From the IMG/VR virus record IMGVR_UViG_3300042556_003278: a DNA stretch of 64,000 nt, one strand, 5' to 3'. The DNA is from an uncultured virus (IMG/VR IMGVR_UViG_3300042556_003278). Lineage: Duplodnaviria; Heunggongvirae; Uroviricota; Caudoviricetes. This document shows positions 51,693 to 61,590 of the stretch, piece by piece. Every line of letters starts with the position of its first letter. Position 1 is the stretch's first letter. The notes beneath the pieces are model-generated. The model searched no databases, was not told the origin of the DNA, and saw only the letters and a program-made list of their open reading frames with translations. The translations under genes were made by a program, and so were the position numbers.

Positions 51693-52228
51693 GCTTTATC
51701 ATTGACCCGTATCGGTTTCAGAGAACCAACCTGATCCAGAACGGCGACTTCAGTAATGTCTCTGGAATGGGGGTTACTGGAGGTGGATGGTATAACGGTG
51801 TTCCGCCTATGTGGTCAACTGAATCTAATATTGCCAATGCAGGATATTCCGTGCTGCTGCTTGAAGGTAAATATTACGCCAACCTAAATACACTTTCTGT
51901 CACAGAAGGCACCGTAGATGTAACTACAAAGTTTCAGCCGCTTTATCAGGAAATGTCGGCACTGCCGATACAACGAACTCTCACAGCGACTTGGACGATT
52001 AGATCGTTGAACGGGTATTCTTACACTATGGGTGCCGCTTTCTACGAGGGTCCGTATAATCCGCTTAACAATTTCGTCGCTGTTTACACATCTCCTTTTG
52101 GTGCCAATACTCGCACCGTCACGTTAGTTGCCAGCAATTTTCCCGCAAACACTTTGATCACGTTTGCGATGTGGCAGGCTGGCAATACTGCACCTGGCGT
52201 GACTGATTTGACGATATACGCAGACTAA
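51689..52228 (+). CDS. Tail-associated carbohydrate-binding-like protein
   Basis: NLIQNGDFS start typical of CBM-like beta-sandwiches. Confidence 0.6.
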   Translation: MSFIIDPYRFQRTNLIQNGDFSNVSGMGVTGGGWYNGVPPMWSTESNIANAGYSVLLLEGKYYANLNTLSVTEGTVDVTTKFQPLYQEMSALPIQRTLTATWTIRSLNGYSYTMGAAFYEGPYNPLNNFVAVYTSPFGANTRTVTLVASNFPANTLITFAMWQAGNTAPGVTDLTIYAD

Positions 52229-52282
52229 CATTATGAAACTCCTCTACGACACTATTAACGAAACTGTCCTGCCTTGGCCCCG
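51926..52282 (+). repeat. Direct repeat copy 2 of window bases 1..357
   Basis: Offset 51,925; 4 mismatches. Confidence 0.95.
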
Positions 52283-52697
52283 CATTGATGACGAGCCAAT
52301 CGTTGGGCTCGCTCCAGATCTTCTGGAGATGAATGTGATTGCAGGCGAGATGCCTGCCTACAACTTTGAAACTCAAATCCTCACTCAATCGGAGTCCGTG
52401 GACGTAGAGGCGCAAACCGTGACGCGCACGTGGTCGGTGACAGACCGCGCCTATACTGCCGAACAATGGACTGCGCGTTTTCTGACGAGCCTCCAGATCA
52501 TAGGTCTTCAACGCCTTGAGATGGCCTTGATAACCAGCGGCCAGACTCTAGGCCCCGCGATGACTGGTATGAAGACATGGCTTGAGGGAATTCTTTTAAC
52601 TTCATCGGCTGATCCAACTCCCCGCAGCGATTGGCCCGAGCCGCCCGTGATTTACGAAGCGGCGACCCAAGAGGCGGCGGGGCAACTTTCTAATTGA
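52233..52697 (+). CDS. Paralogue of 308..781
   Basis: Identical N-terminus, diverged C-terminus. Confidence 0.6.
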   Translation: MKLLYDTINETVLPWPRIDDEPIVGLAPDLLEMNVIAGEMPAYNFETQILTQSESVDVEAQTVTRTWSVTDRAYTAEQWTARFLTSLQIIGLQRLEMALITSGQTLGPAMTGMKTWLEGILLTSSADPTPRSDWPEPPVIYEAATQEAAGQLSN

Positions 52698-52725
52698 TCT
52701 GGGTGACAGTCACCTATAACCTAGA

Positions 52726-52953
52726 ATGAAGACTACAATGGGAGAAGACGTTGAAAGATTGGTAAGGCTCGAAACGAAGCTGGATGTCGTCCTGGACAAC
52801 CAGGCCGCGTTCCGTTCGTCGTTCGAGAAACACGACGAGCGTCTCAAGCACCTTGAACAAACGCGCTCCCGTTTCATCGGTTTTTCGGCCGCCATCGGGG
52901 CTCTCGTCACCATGGCCCTCGGCTCCTTCAAGCACCTCATCAACCCCAATTAA
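52726..52953 (+). CDS. Coiled-coil plus TM protein (holin/XhlA-like)
   Basis: ERLVRLETKLD..C-terminal TM. Confidence 0.6.
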   Translation: MKTTMGEDVERLVRLETKLDVVLDNQAAFRSSFEKHDERLKHLEQTRSRFIGFSAAIGALVTMALGSFKHLINPN

Positions 52954-52958
52954 CCCTT

Positions 52959-53246
52959 ATGAAAGCCATCCTTGCCAAACTCACCGGCCTGACCACGGCC
53001 CTGCTTCAATTCTACCTACCGATCCTGCGGCAACTGGTGGCCACAGGCTTGGCGTCACTCCTCCCGATTGCGCTCGAAATCGTGCGCTCCCTGGCCGATG
53101 CCGACAAGACCGGGGCCCAGAAGCGCGAGCTGGCCGTCAAGCGGCTCTCGACCGCCGCCACCGAACTTGGCGTCTTCGCCTCCGAAAACTTGATCCGCCT
53201 GACCATCGAGTCGGCGGTCCAGAAACTCAAACTCGAAGAAGTATGA
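52959..53246 (+). CDS. Holin-like protein
   Basis: Hydrophobic N-terminus, TGAQKR..IESAV. Confidence 0.55.
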   Translation: MKAILAKLTGLTTALLQFYLPILRQLVATGLASLLPIALEIVRSLADADKTGAQKRELAVKRLSTAATELGVFASENLIRLTIESAVQKLKLEEV

Positions 53247-53563
53247 AAAACGTCCTTCTTAAATTCCTCGTCTCCCGCGCGGGCGGCATCATCACTCCTC
53301 TGGTAGCGACTGCCGTGGGTGCTGCTGTGGCCAAACTCGCCTCTTTCGACGCAGCTCTGGCCAGCGGCATCGACCAGGCCGCCATCACGGCTTTCGTGGT
53401 CGCGGCGATCCTGTCGGTCGTCAACTACCTGACCAATGCAGTTCAAACTGATGGGGTCAAAAAGATCCAGGCTCTGGTCAACACTGACCAGGACGGCATT
53501 CCCGGACCCGTGACTTATACCGAGGTGCGCAAAGCTCTGCCAGCGTCCAATGACCCAGCGTGA
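53243..53563 (+). CDS. Two-TM protein with DGIPGPVT peptidoglycan-binding-like tail
   Basis: ATGA coupling; motif. Confidence 0.55.
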   Translation: MKNVLLKFLVSRAGGIITPLVATAVGAAVAKLASFDAALASGIDQAAITAFVVAAILSVVNYLTNAVQTDGVKKIQALVNTDQDGIPGPVTYTEVRKALPASNDPA

Positions 53564-53795
53564 TATCTGCGATGTCGTCTTTGCTGCAAAACCTCCTGCC
53601 CTGGATCGCCGCCCTCTGTGGAAGCGCTTTTTGGCTTCTCTCAAGCTCGATCTGAAGCTCCAGCCGAAACTGAAACAGCCAATCAAGCACCTCATCATCA
53701 AAGGATCACTGGAATTTTGAAAATCGACCCCGACAAAGCCGAGGACCTGCCGCGTTGGGTGAAGATCAAGCGCAAGCCCAAGAAAAAACCATCTA

Positions 53796-54692
53796 ATGAA
53801 AAGCCTCGCCCTGGATCTCGATAGCGGAAAGCTCTCCCGCTGGGCGGACAACCCGCGCGGCTTGGACAAGTGGACCGACCGTTACGGCGACATGTATACA
53901 ATACGTATCCATGTTTACCGCAGCAGCGGCGGCAAAATCCCGACCACCTCGTTGCAGGTTTTGATCAAGCGTCTGCGCCGTCGCGACGCCAAGGCCATCT
54001 GGAGCTTGGACACTTTCACCCGTGTCCCAGGCACAATCACCCCCTCGTCGGTGACCTACGTTGGCCAGATGGATGTGACCGGGGCCGCCTACCGCGAGGC
54101 TTTGAAACTCGACGCCTCCCCTGGTAACGATCTACCCAAGGTCGACCTCCTTGGCGTTGTGCGCGCAGTGACTCCGACGGATGTCATCGAGGCTGAATTT
54201 CCGTACGAGTTACTCAACAGTGGCTATCGTATCGTCGATGCAGACTTCGGCGCGGTCTATGTCGGACTTTCCGACACGGGCGGCATTCTTGTTCGCAACG
54301 CGGACACTAATGAGTGGCGGGAGCTGAACATTCTCGGCGAGGGCAACGAGGCTTCTTTCTTTTTGGGCGAGGCGACTCTTGGACCGGTGGAAACTCTTAC
54401 TTTGTCCGACGACCATGTCCGTGTTCAGAACGGCATTCTCCAGATCAAAAACGACACCGACAGCACATGGGTCAACGTCATCCTACGAGGGACTGGCAAC
54501 TCGACCCTGGCTTTGGGCGAGACGCCCCCGGTCGGGTTCACGCTTTCCGACGATCGTTTCAAAGTCGCGGCCGATGGCCGACTCCTTCTCCGAAATCTAA
54601 CCACCGGCAACTGGCACGAAGCGCGAGTGCTGCTGTCGAGTGGCGCAAACACCCTCGCGCTTGGAACCGAATATGATGACACGCAAGTTTAA
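53796..54692 (+). CDS. Virion protein with three C-terminal beta repeats
   Basis: Repeats G.L..RN..T..W....L.G....L.LG. Confidence 0.6.
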   Translation: MKSLALDLDSGKLSRWADNPRGLDKWTDRYGDMYTIRIHVYRSSGGKIPTTSLQVLIKRLRRRDAKAIWSLDTFTRVPGTITPSSVTYVGQMDVTGAAYREALKLDASPGNDLPKVDLLGVVRAVTPTDVIEAEFPYELLNSGYRIVDADFGAVYVGLSDTGGILVRNADTNEWRELNILGEGNEASFFLGEATLGPVETLTLSDDHVRVQNGILQIKNDTDSTWVNVILRGTGNSTLALGETPPVGFTLSDDRFKVAADGRLLLRNLTTGNWHEARVLLSSGANTLALGTEYDDTQV

Positions 54693-56520
54693 CCTTCTAA
54701 TTTCGTTGATCGGGGTGATGGTCACCTCCTTCGCGTACCCCCAAGCCGCACGCACCGTCATGGTGCAAAGCAATTCGGGGGCCCTCCTCTTCCCGACCAA
54801 TCTCTGGAGCGCGAACGCCGTTTCAGCCCGGAGCGGTTTGGCCTTGGCGGCGCACGCAACCAACCCCGTGGTCCCGGTGGCATCCGGCGGCACGGGCGCG
54901 ACCAACGCGGCGGGGGCCAGGACGAATTTGGGGTTGGGGTTTGGCGCATTGACCAACACAAACGCCAGCAGCTTTCGAAGCGACATTGGTATTCCGCTGG
55001 CCGCGTTGACCAACACGAACCTTTCTGGATTTCTAAATAGCATAGGACTCGCAGACAGCAGTGAACCTACATTTCTGAGTCTTACTCTCACAGAGGACAC
55101 TAATACGCTAGTGATGACTGCGGACCCTGCGATTACGCGAACAAATTTGGGGCTCCCATGGTCCGGATTGACCAATACTAGTGCGTCAGGATTCCGCTCA
55201 GCTCTTAGTGTGAGTGCCACATGGCTTACCAACACCAACGTCACAAATTTCAGGACGGCGATTGGGTTGGGGGCAGATGACTCTCCGCAATTTGATGATA
55301 TAAGCTCATCTTCGGCAAATATTTCGCAAATTTCTGCCGATGCTATAGGCATGAATGGTGCAATTTCTTGGACTGGAACAAACGCAACAGCAAACGCGGC
55401 CACCACCCGCACAAATTTGTCGCTCGGCCTGCCCGCACTCACCAACACCAACGTCACGAATTTCCGCACGGCAATCCTGCCCACTTATAGTGGCAACACC
55501 AATCGCGTTCTTTCAGTCAATGCAAGCGGAACTGACGTGGAGTGGGTTGTGCAGACCGGCGGTGGAAACACCAGTTCGGTGACTTATCCACTTTCGATTA
55601 CTGATGGCGGAACTGGAGCAACAAATTCCGCTGCCGCCCGCACCAACCTCGGCCTTGGCGCAACTTGGCTCACCAACACCAACGTCACGAATGTCCGCAC
55701 GGCGATTGGGCTGGGGGCGACAAATGATGTTACCTTCAGATCTGTAAATTATGATGGCGAGTTAACTATAAATAACGCTGAAATACTTGGATGGGGGCAA
55801 GCTGTCAATTTTGAAGAACGAAGATTTGCTTATGCGTCAACTAATTTATTTGATTGGGGAGTTGAGGGAAAAATTACTATTGGCTGGCCTTTAGATTTTG
55901 TAAGTAATTCTGTAGCCTCCACCACCCGCGCCAATCTCGGCTTTTCAACCAACCTAAACACGCTATGGACGGCGACCAATGCTGCGGACGCAAGAACCGC
56001 ATTATCCATCGGAACCAACGGCGGCTCTGTTTACAACCAAGACCTCAACACGACCAACAATGTTAGCTTCAACGCAATACATATTGAGAGAGATGCAAAC
56101 TCGGGTAATTACACATTAACTATCGGGCAAACTAACACGGGATTCAAAGGCATTGGTGGAGGCCCAAGTGATTTTGTTTACGTAAGAGACGAAGCAAATA
56201 TTTTGGGATTGTATTCAGGTGAAATACACTCGTTGGTTACCCACAGATTTTCCGCGCCAATGGTATTAAACTATGGAGCAGGTAACACTGCCGTGTTGCA
56301 ATTTGGTGGAATTGATGCCGCTACTGGTGCTGCAATTTCACGCACCAACCTTGGTCTCCCGCTCCCAGCCCTCACCAACACCAGCAACGTCACGGCAATG
56401 CGGGCGTTGTCTGGCTCGACCAACACGAACCACCCGTTCAGTGGTTCAGTGTCGGTGGTCGGCACAAACAACACCAACACGCTCGTTTTTTCCAACGGCA
56501 TACTGCAATCCGTGCAATGA
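54673..56520 (+). CDS. Thr/Asn-rich tail fibre-like protein with signal-peptide-like N-terminus
   Basis: GGTGAT..AARTNLG and LTNTNVTNFRTAIG repeats. Confidence 0.75.
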   Translation: MMTRKFNLLISLIGVMVTSFAYPQAARTVMVQSNSGALLFPTNLWSANAVSARSGLALAAHATNPVVPVASGGTGATNAAGARTNLGLGFGALTNTNASSFRSDIGIPLAALTNTNLSGFLNSIGLADSSEPTFLSLTLTEDTNTLVMTADPAITRTNLGLPWSGLTNTSASGFRSALSVSATWLTNTNVTNFRTAIGLGADDSPQFDDISSSSANISQISADAIGMNGAISWTGTNATANAATTRTNLSLGLPALTNTNVTNFRTAILPTYSGNTNRVLSVNASGTDVEWVVQTGGGNTSSVTYPLSITDGGTGATNSAAARTNLGLGATWLTNTNVTNVRTAIGLGATNDVTFRSVNYDGELTINNAEILGWGQAVNFEERRFAYASTNLFDWGVEGKITIGWPLDFVSNSVASTTRANLGFSTNLNTLWTATNAADARTALSIGTNGGSVYNQDLNTTNNVSFNAIHIERDANSGNYTLTIGQTNTGFKGIGGGPSDFVYVRDEANILGLYSGEIHSLVTHRFSAPMVLNYGAGNTAVLQFGGIDAATGAAISRTNLGLPLPALTNTSNVTAMRALSGSTNTNHPFSGSVSVVGTNNTNTLVFSNGILQSVQ

Positions 56521-57065
56521 GCCGCCGAATGCTACCCAAAGCACGCCCGAAACAAACTCGGGCCGAGACCGAAGCTCTTATCAAGGATGTCGAGTCGCCG
56601 GTTATTATCCTCGGCATTCGTGGATACTATAAGACCATGGGCGACGACCCGCGTCGCAATGAAATCAACATTTACGACGATGCGTTGTTTGTCTGGAGCG
56701 GCAACGGCCACATGTCATTCAACGCCAACACCGACCCCTCGATCTCTCGCCCCCGTGTGGCGAAACTCAAAGCCGGTGTCTGGCAATACCGGCTGGGCAT
56801 CCACGGCCTGTCCAAACCTAAAAGACAGCAATACCCCGCTTTAGTCCAGGCAGCCCCTGTCACCGTGGTCCGTCAGGGCGCGGGCGAGGACACCGGGTGG
56901 TTCGGAATTAACCTGCACCGTGGATCACGCACCACGACCTCGTCTCTCGGCTGCGTGACCCTCCCGCCCGATGGGCAGTGGGATTCGTTTTACAATCTCG
57001 TGAAGAGCGAGATGGCCCGCGCCAAGGTCAGCCGCGTGCCATTTGTGTTGGTCGAAAACACTTGA
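56517..57065 (+). CDS. Putative second lysin, L,D-transpeptidase (YkuD)-like
   Basis: INLHRG..SLGC His/Cys motif. Confidence 0.55.
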   Translation: MSRRMLPKARPKQTRAETEALIKDVESPVIILGIRGYYKTMGDDPRRNEINIYDDALFVWSGNGHMSFNANTDPSISRPRVAKLKAGVWQYRLGIHGLSKPKRQQYPALVQAAPVTVVRQGAGEDTGWFGINLHRGSRTTTSSLGCVTLPPDGQWDSFYNLVKSEMARAKVSRVPFVLVENT

Positions 57066-57071
57066 AGCAAT

Positions 57072-57260
57072 ATGAACGAACGAGACGAGTATAAAATCAT
57101 GGAAGCCAAAAAGATGGCGAGGCTCAAGCAGCTAAATGACCAGTATGCCCGTTTGGTAAACGAACGGGTTCGCGGCGGGCTCAAAGCCGGGTTCCAAAAA
57201 CCCCGCAGCGCAAGCGCTGAGGAGACGCGCGTTGTCCGGACGTTGGCCAGCCTTTCGTAA
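57072..57260 (+). CDS. Small basic protein
   Basis: ORF in operon. Confidence 0.45.
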   Translation: MNERDEYKIMEAKKMARLKQLNDQYARLVNERVRGGLKAGFQKPRSASAEETRVVRTLASLS

Positions 57261-57264
57261 TCAA

Positions 57265-58605
57265 ATGGGCCAGAAACGCATAGTCGCACCCGACACGCCG
57301 ATAAGGAGTTTCCCGACTCCCAATATCGACGACCTTGTCGTCGTGGTCGATGTCGACTCGCGCCTGCCGGGCTATAAGCCTTTAGATTACGGGACCCTGC
57401 ACCCCGATCAAACGCGCTTTCCGGGGGCCAAACTTGTTTACCAGGAGCCTTTGGACGGCACTGATTCCTTCGTGCGTCGCATCTACGCGACCGACCGCTT
57501 TAACCAGGAAGCCTACAACTACGCGATCAAGTACAGCGGCGGCTCCGATCGGCACCCGATCTATATCCGCACTTACCTGGAACCGCGCGACAGTTATCAG
57601 GCGATGCCCGACCACTCGCCCGACCCGCTTTTTGCCGGAGCTATCCTGGTAGACGAGGAAGCCAACCCCGCTGAGGGCGAGCTGCGTAGCCTCTACCTGC
57701 AGGTCACGCGAGTTTTCGAGACACTGCCAGGCCCGGTCATTGAAAGCCGCGAGGTCAACGAATACGGGGTCATCGAGACCATTACCAACCAGGTCGTTCT
57801 GCCCGAGACCGACCCCGACCCGACCGGGCTTTTTGTCACTGACTCCGTGGTTTCCGAGGACGTTTCCAAGGCCGTGCGCCAGCGGCGCGTCATGGAGAAA
57901 CTGCCCGATCCGTACGTCACTTACGAAACCGATGGCCAGACAAACACCATCGTTCAGGTCAAACGTGAGTTATTGACCCGGCATCAACCGCTGCCGAGCC
58001 CTGTCTCCGTAACAGGATCATTGGGCGTGCAAGACTCACCGCTGCGTTTCCCGTATGTGTTGCGCACAACAAAGCTGCTGCCGCTCGATCCGGCGACTGG
58101 GCAGCCGATTCTACCCCCGACGCGTGTTGAGTACGACAACACGACGTTTACGTTTCCGGGAGTCATCTATAGTTGGCGGGTTTATCTAGGGACCGATTCA
58201 GACGGCGAGACCACAATCACGGCCGATTTATCTCACTACGAAAACAGGTTTCCGCTGACAATGGTCGTAGCGGCCAAGTATGTGACTACCTTTCACTTGG
58301 AAGGTGATCCCGCGTTGGATCTTTCGAATCAAAACTTTTGGAAGGTAACCACCCGCCCGTGGGCCCAGTTGGTCTTCGGGCTGCCCGACAACACAATTCA
58401 CCCGCCTGCGCCTGTGACTATGCGCAACGCGCCGATCGCGCGCAACAACATCAAAAATACGGTTAGCAGCGGGCTGGCGAGTGACCCAGGGTTTTATGAA
58501 CCAGGACAGGAACTTCTCATTAGCGGCGAGGCTAAACTGCTTTCAGGCAATGTTTGGTATCGTCGGCTTGTTTACGTCAAGGAGCCGCTGGAAGGCGGAA
58601 ATTAA
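57265..58605 (+). CDS. Putative tail structural protein (phage B)
   Basis: Beta-rich; structural context. Confidence 0.55.
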   Translation: MGQKRIVAPDTPIRSFPTPNIDDLVVVVDVDSRLPGYKPLDYGTLHPDQTRFPGAKLVYQEPLDGTDSFVRRIYATDRFNQEAYNYAIKYSGGSDRHPIYIRTYLEPRDSYQAMPDHSPDPLFAGAILVDEEANPAEGELRSLYLQVTRVFETLPGPVIESREVNEYGVIETITNQVVLPETDPDPTGLFVTDSVVSEDVSKAVRQRRVMEKLPDPYVTYETDGQTNTIVQVKRELLTRHQPLPSPVSVTGSLGVQDSPLRFPYVLRTTKLLPLDPATGQPILPPTRVEYDNTTFTFPGVIYSWRVYLGTDSDGETTITADLSHYENRFPLTMVVAAKYVTTFHLEGDPALDLSNQNFWKVTTRPWAQLVFGLPDNTIHPPAPVTMRNAPIARNNIKNTVSSGLASDPGFYEPGQELLISGEAKLLSGNVWYRRLVYVKEPLEGGN

Positions 58606-58608
58606 ACT

Positions 58609-59562
58609 ATGCTGCCGATCGAAATCACAGTCAAAATCCAACCAAACGCCGAGTGTATAACCCCTTTGCCGCTCGGCAATATCACCTACCAGTATCCGAC
58701 TACCCTCACGACCGACAAGATTAGTGAGATTGTGACGACCAATGCTCCAATAGGGTATTCAAGATTCGCCGCGATCTACGGTGGCGAGCCTTCAGTCTCG
58801 GTGTCGCGAAGTTCTATTATTACGAACGGGACAGCAACTGTAGGTTCAGCAAATCTTCAATCAGCACTTCCTCTATCCAGCATAGTCGGTGACGCCGACG
58901 ATCAGATATACACTGAAAATGGTCTTTTGAATCCGGGAATATATCAACCTGCAGGATTACTAGGCGGTGCATACCTAACTTATTTTAACGGCGTGGACAC
59001 CCCTCGTTGGAGCCGTCGGGATTCAAGCGTTTATTTTCCGCAGGTAGATTTTTTCCCGCGCTACAACCAGTGGTTTGCCTCGACCATTTGGAGTACACCC
59101 TACGATCCGTCTGAGCTGCAGTCTCCGGCAAGCTATGATATAATGTTTGTCTATGTAGACCGGAGTTCAAAAATAGTTTACTACCGGCCCGGTATTGTTA
59201 ACTTATCTAAAAATACTATTGGGCTTGACCCTTCACTGAATCTGACAACAGTTTCATGGGGCCCCTACAGCGGCGGGTTCTCCGGCACCCGGCCGTGGTA
59301 TTTGAATATCGCAGGTCTCTTACAAAATGTAAGTTCCGGAGCGGTGAAATTCCAACTTTTCTTTATTGACCCCTCTGGAGGAGATAATTTGGCAAAAGAA
59401 ATAACGTCCAACTCTCCTCGACTTCCAAGTAACTGGGGTTTGTTAACCCCCACGTCTGCACTCGGATCGGTTTTCAAAATAAAAGTTGTTGCAGTTTTGC
59501 AGGACGACTCCGGGGTATCCGTAACATCCAACGAACTCGCTGTGAGTAACCCCAACGCGTGA
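58609..59562 (+). CDS. Beta-rich, lower-GC putative tail/receptor-binding protein
   Basis: Composition and context. Confidence 0.5.
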   Translation: MLPIEITVKIQPNAECITPLPLGNITYQYPTTLTTDKISEIVTTNAPIGYSRFAAIYGGEPSVSVSRSSIITNGTATVGSANLQSALPLSSIVGDADDQIYTENGLLNPGIYQPAGLLGGAYLTYFNGVDTPRWSRRDSSVYFPQVDFFPRYNQWFASTIWSTPYDPSELQSPASYDIMFVYVDRSSKIVYYRPGIVNLSKNTIGLDPSLNLTTVSWGPYSGGFSGTRPWYLNIAGLLQNVSSGAVKFQLFFIDPSGGDNLAKEITSNSPRLPSNWGLLTPTSALGSVFKIKVVAVLQDDSGVSVTSNELAVSNPNA

Positions 59563-59767
59563 GTCCGCTATCTAACTTTCCCAAGATTTCGGTCCTCCCG
59601 GATATGACCGTGGTCAACGGGAGCATTCAGCGCACCCCGCAAAGGCAAAACTCTCCCGAGCGCGGCGGGCGCGGTCGGCAAGGACCGCGTGGTCGCTCGG
59701 GTCGGGTTTATACTTACGACGCTGTCAGTCCAACAGCGCAGTCGACTAATATTGAGTCTGTTGAACT

Positions 59768-60322
59768 ATGAACGAGAGAGCTTATATCCTTACAGGAAAG
59801 CAAGGATACCCTATAGTTCTGGTTAATTGCGTCCTTATCGCTGACATTGACTTGTCTGAAGCTGTGGCCGACCGCGAAGCCGAGGAGGTCGGGCAGATAC
59901 TTACTTTGGCTGACGACTATAGTCTTGTGTTTCGCGTCTACCGCACTCCGCAAGGGCTGCGGGCCATTTGCGTAAGTGACAAGGTGCGCCCCAAGGCTGC
60001 TGTCTCTAAACGTCTCTTAGAGGATATTAACACAGACTGGAGGTACGTTAAGAGCGCCCAAGATATTGAATCTTTCTCCGCTCGTATTGGCGGCAAACCG
60101 GCTCGCATGGGGATGGAGGTGCCTGACAAATTCAATTATTTTGCTCTCCTCCCAAAAGAGCAGCGAGAGTGGGATGCGCGCTACAACGCCGTCGCGCAAA
60201 AATACAAAGCCTGCGAGTTTATCCTTCAGACCACCGAGTGCAAGATGCCCTCGGAAATCGCCAATTTTATCGCTTTGCACGACGAGCGGACTAAATGTTT
60301 CGCCGATCTCCCAATGGCTTGA
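59768..60322 (+). CDS. Hypothetical protein (ADID..YRT.QGLR motif, primase-fold-like)
   Basis: DxD plus RVYRT..G motif; function uncertain. Confidence 0.45.
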   Translation: MNERAYILTGKQGYPIVLVNCVLIADIDLSEAVADREAEEVGQILTLADDYSLVFRVYRTPQGLRAICVSDKVRPKAAVSKRLLEDINTDWRYVKSAQDIESFSARIGGKPARMGMEVPDKFNYFALLPKEQREWDARYNAVAQKYKACEFILQTTECKMPSEIANFIALHDERTKCFADLPMA

Positions 60323-60360
60323 CCCTCGAAGTATAAAAGTGTAAAGTCACCTTTGTAAAA

Positions 60361-61320
60361 ATGACCCTGGCCCAGGCACGACAACTTTTGCACCAGCACA
60401 TCAGCCCCGAGGGGCCTGATAGCATTGCTGTGCCTGCCCGGATCAACGAGATCTGCGAGCGATTTTTTGTCAGCGGCCGGTGGAAAGGGATGATAGTCGA
60501 AGTTGATCTAGATGCCTCTCAAGGCTACGTCACCCTTCCCCGGCGCTGCGAAGCCGTCCTGGGCATCACCGTGGACAAGACTCCGCGCACGCCGTTCGGC
60601 CGCTGGTATTCCTTTGTGCCGGGCGGCCCCGGACAGTTGGACAGCTCCACGCACTGCGGGGCTGATCTTATTTTGGATGCGGGTGACAACCACCCAATCT
60701 ACCGCGATTCTCCCTACGAGACTTTCCGTCTGCGTGTCAAAGTCCCTAGCACATCCGACCGGGATACGGGCCATTATGTGGTGCTCAAGGGCAACGACGC
60801 CGACGGAAATCCCGTCTACGCCAGCGACGGCAGCGAGGGCCTTTCTTTATCCCTGACCGCCGCCGAGAACACGACCACGCAATACTTTTCCAGTGTTTCG
60901 GGGGTCCTTAAAACTTTGACCAATGGCTATCTGACGCTTTGGGCCGTGAACGCGGCAGGGGCCGAAACCCAGATCGGGGAATACGAGCCGGGGGAGACCA
61001 ATATCGGGTATCGCCGCTACCGTGTCGTTCGGGGCGACAATAGCCAGGCCGCCGTGGTGCGGGCTTTGTGCAAGCGCCGTTATGTGCCGGTTATGTCGGA
61101 GAACGACGAGATCATCCCCGACAACATGGGGGCCCTCAAACTCGGGCTTATCTCTTTGAAGTACGAGGACACCAACGACCTGGAACGGGCCACCGAGTAT
61201 TTCACCAAAGCCCTGTCGCTCCTGAACGCGGAGTTACGCGAACAGCGCGGCAGTCAATTCAACACTCTTCGTTTCAGTCCGCACGGCTTCGGGCTGGGGA
61301 AGATATCCAGGCAATACTAA
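60361..61320 (+). CDS. Second head-tail adaptor-like protein (phage B)
   Basis: MTLAQAR helical N-terminus, beta core, helical C-terminus like 7188..8138. Confidence 0.55.
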   Translation: MTLAQARQLLHQHISPEGPDSIAVPARINEICERFFVSGRWKGMIVEVDLDASQGYVTLPRRCEAVLGITVDKTPRTPFGRWYSFVPGGPGQLDSSTHCGADLILDAGDNHPIYRDSPYETFRLRVKVPSTSDRDTGHYVVLKGNDADGNPVYASDGSEGLSLSLTAAENTTTQYFSSVSGVLKTLTNGYLTLWAVNAAGAETQIGEYEPGETNIGYRRYRVVRGDNSQAAVVRALCKRRYVPVMSENDEIIPDNMGALKLGLISLKYEDTNDLERATEYFTKALSLLNAELREQRGSQFNTLRFSPHGFGLGKISRQY

Positions 61321-61376
61321 TCGATAGCTCTTCATTGATGGAGCAACTCTAACAGTCAAATAAGCACGAAAACACT

Positions 61377-61580
61377 ATGAATACCGGATTCTCAGATGAG
61401 GAACTCGAAAGCCGCTACGCTCGCGGTGAAATCAGTCGTGAACAGATGGAGGAGCTTAGAAACCGTCGCCAAAATTTGAAGTATACGCGACAGAATCGGA
61501 TGGACGAGGTTGCCAAACAGCGTCTCAGAGATGCTTACACTAGCATGACCACGTCGAGCCCGTCACTAAAAGCCAACTAA
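61377..61580 (+). CDS. Small SHOCT-like protein
   Basis: LESRYARGEISREQ. Confidence 0.5.
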   Translation: MNTGFSDEELESRYARGEISREQMEELRNRRQNLKYTRQNRMDEVAKQRLRDAYTSMTTSSPSLKAN

Positions 61581-61590
61581 CGCCGATACC

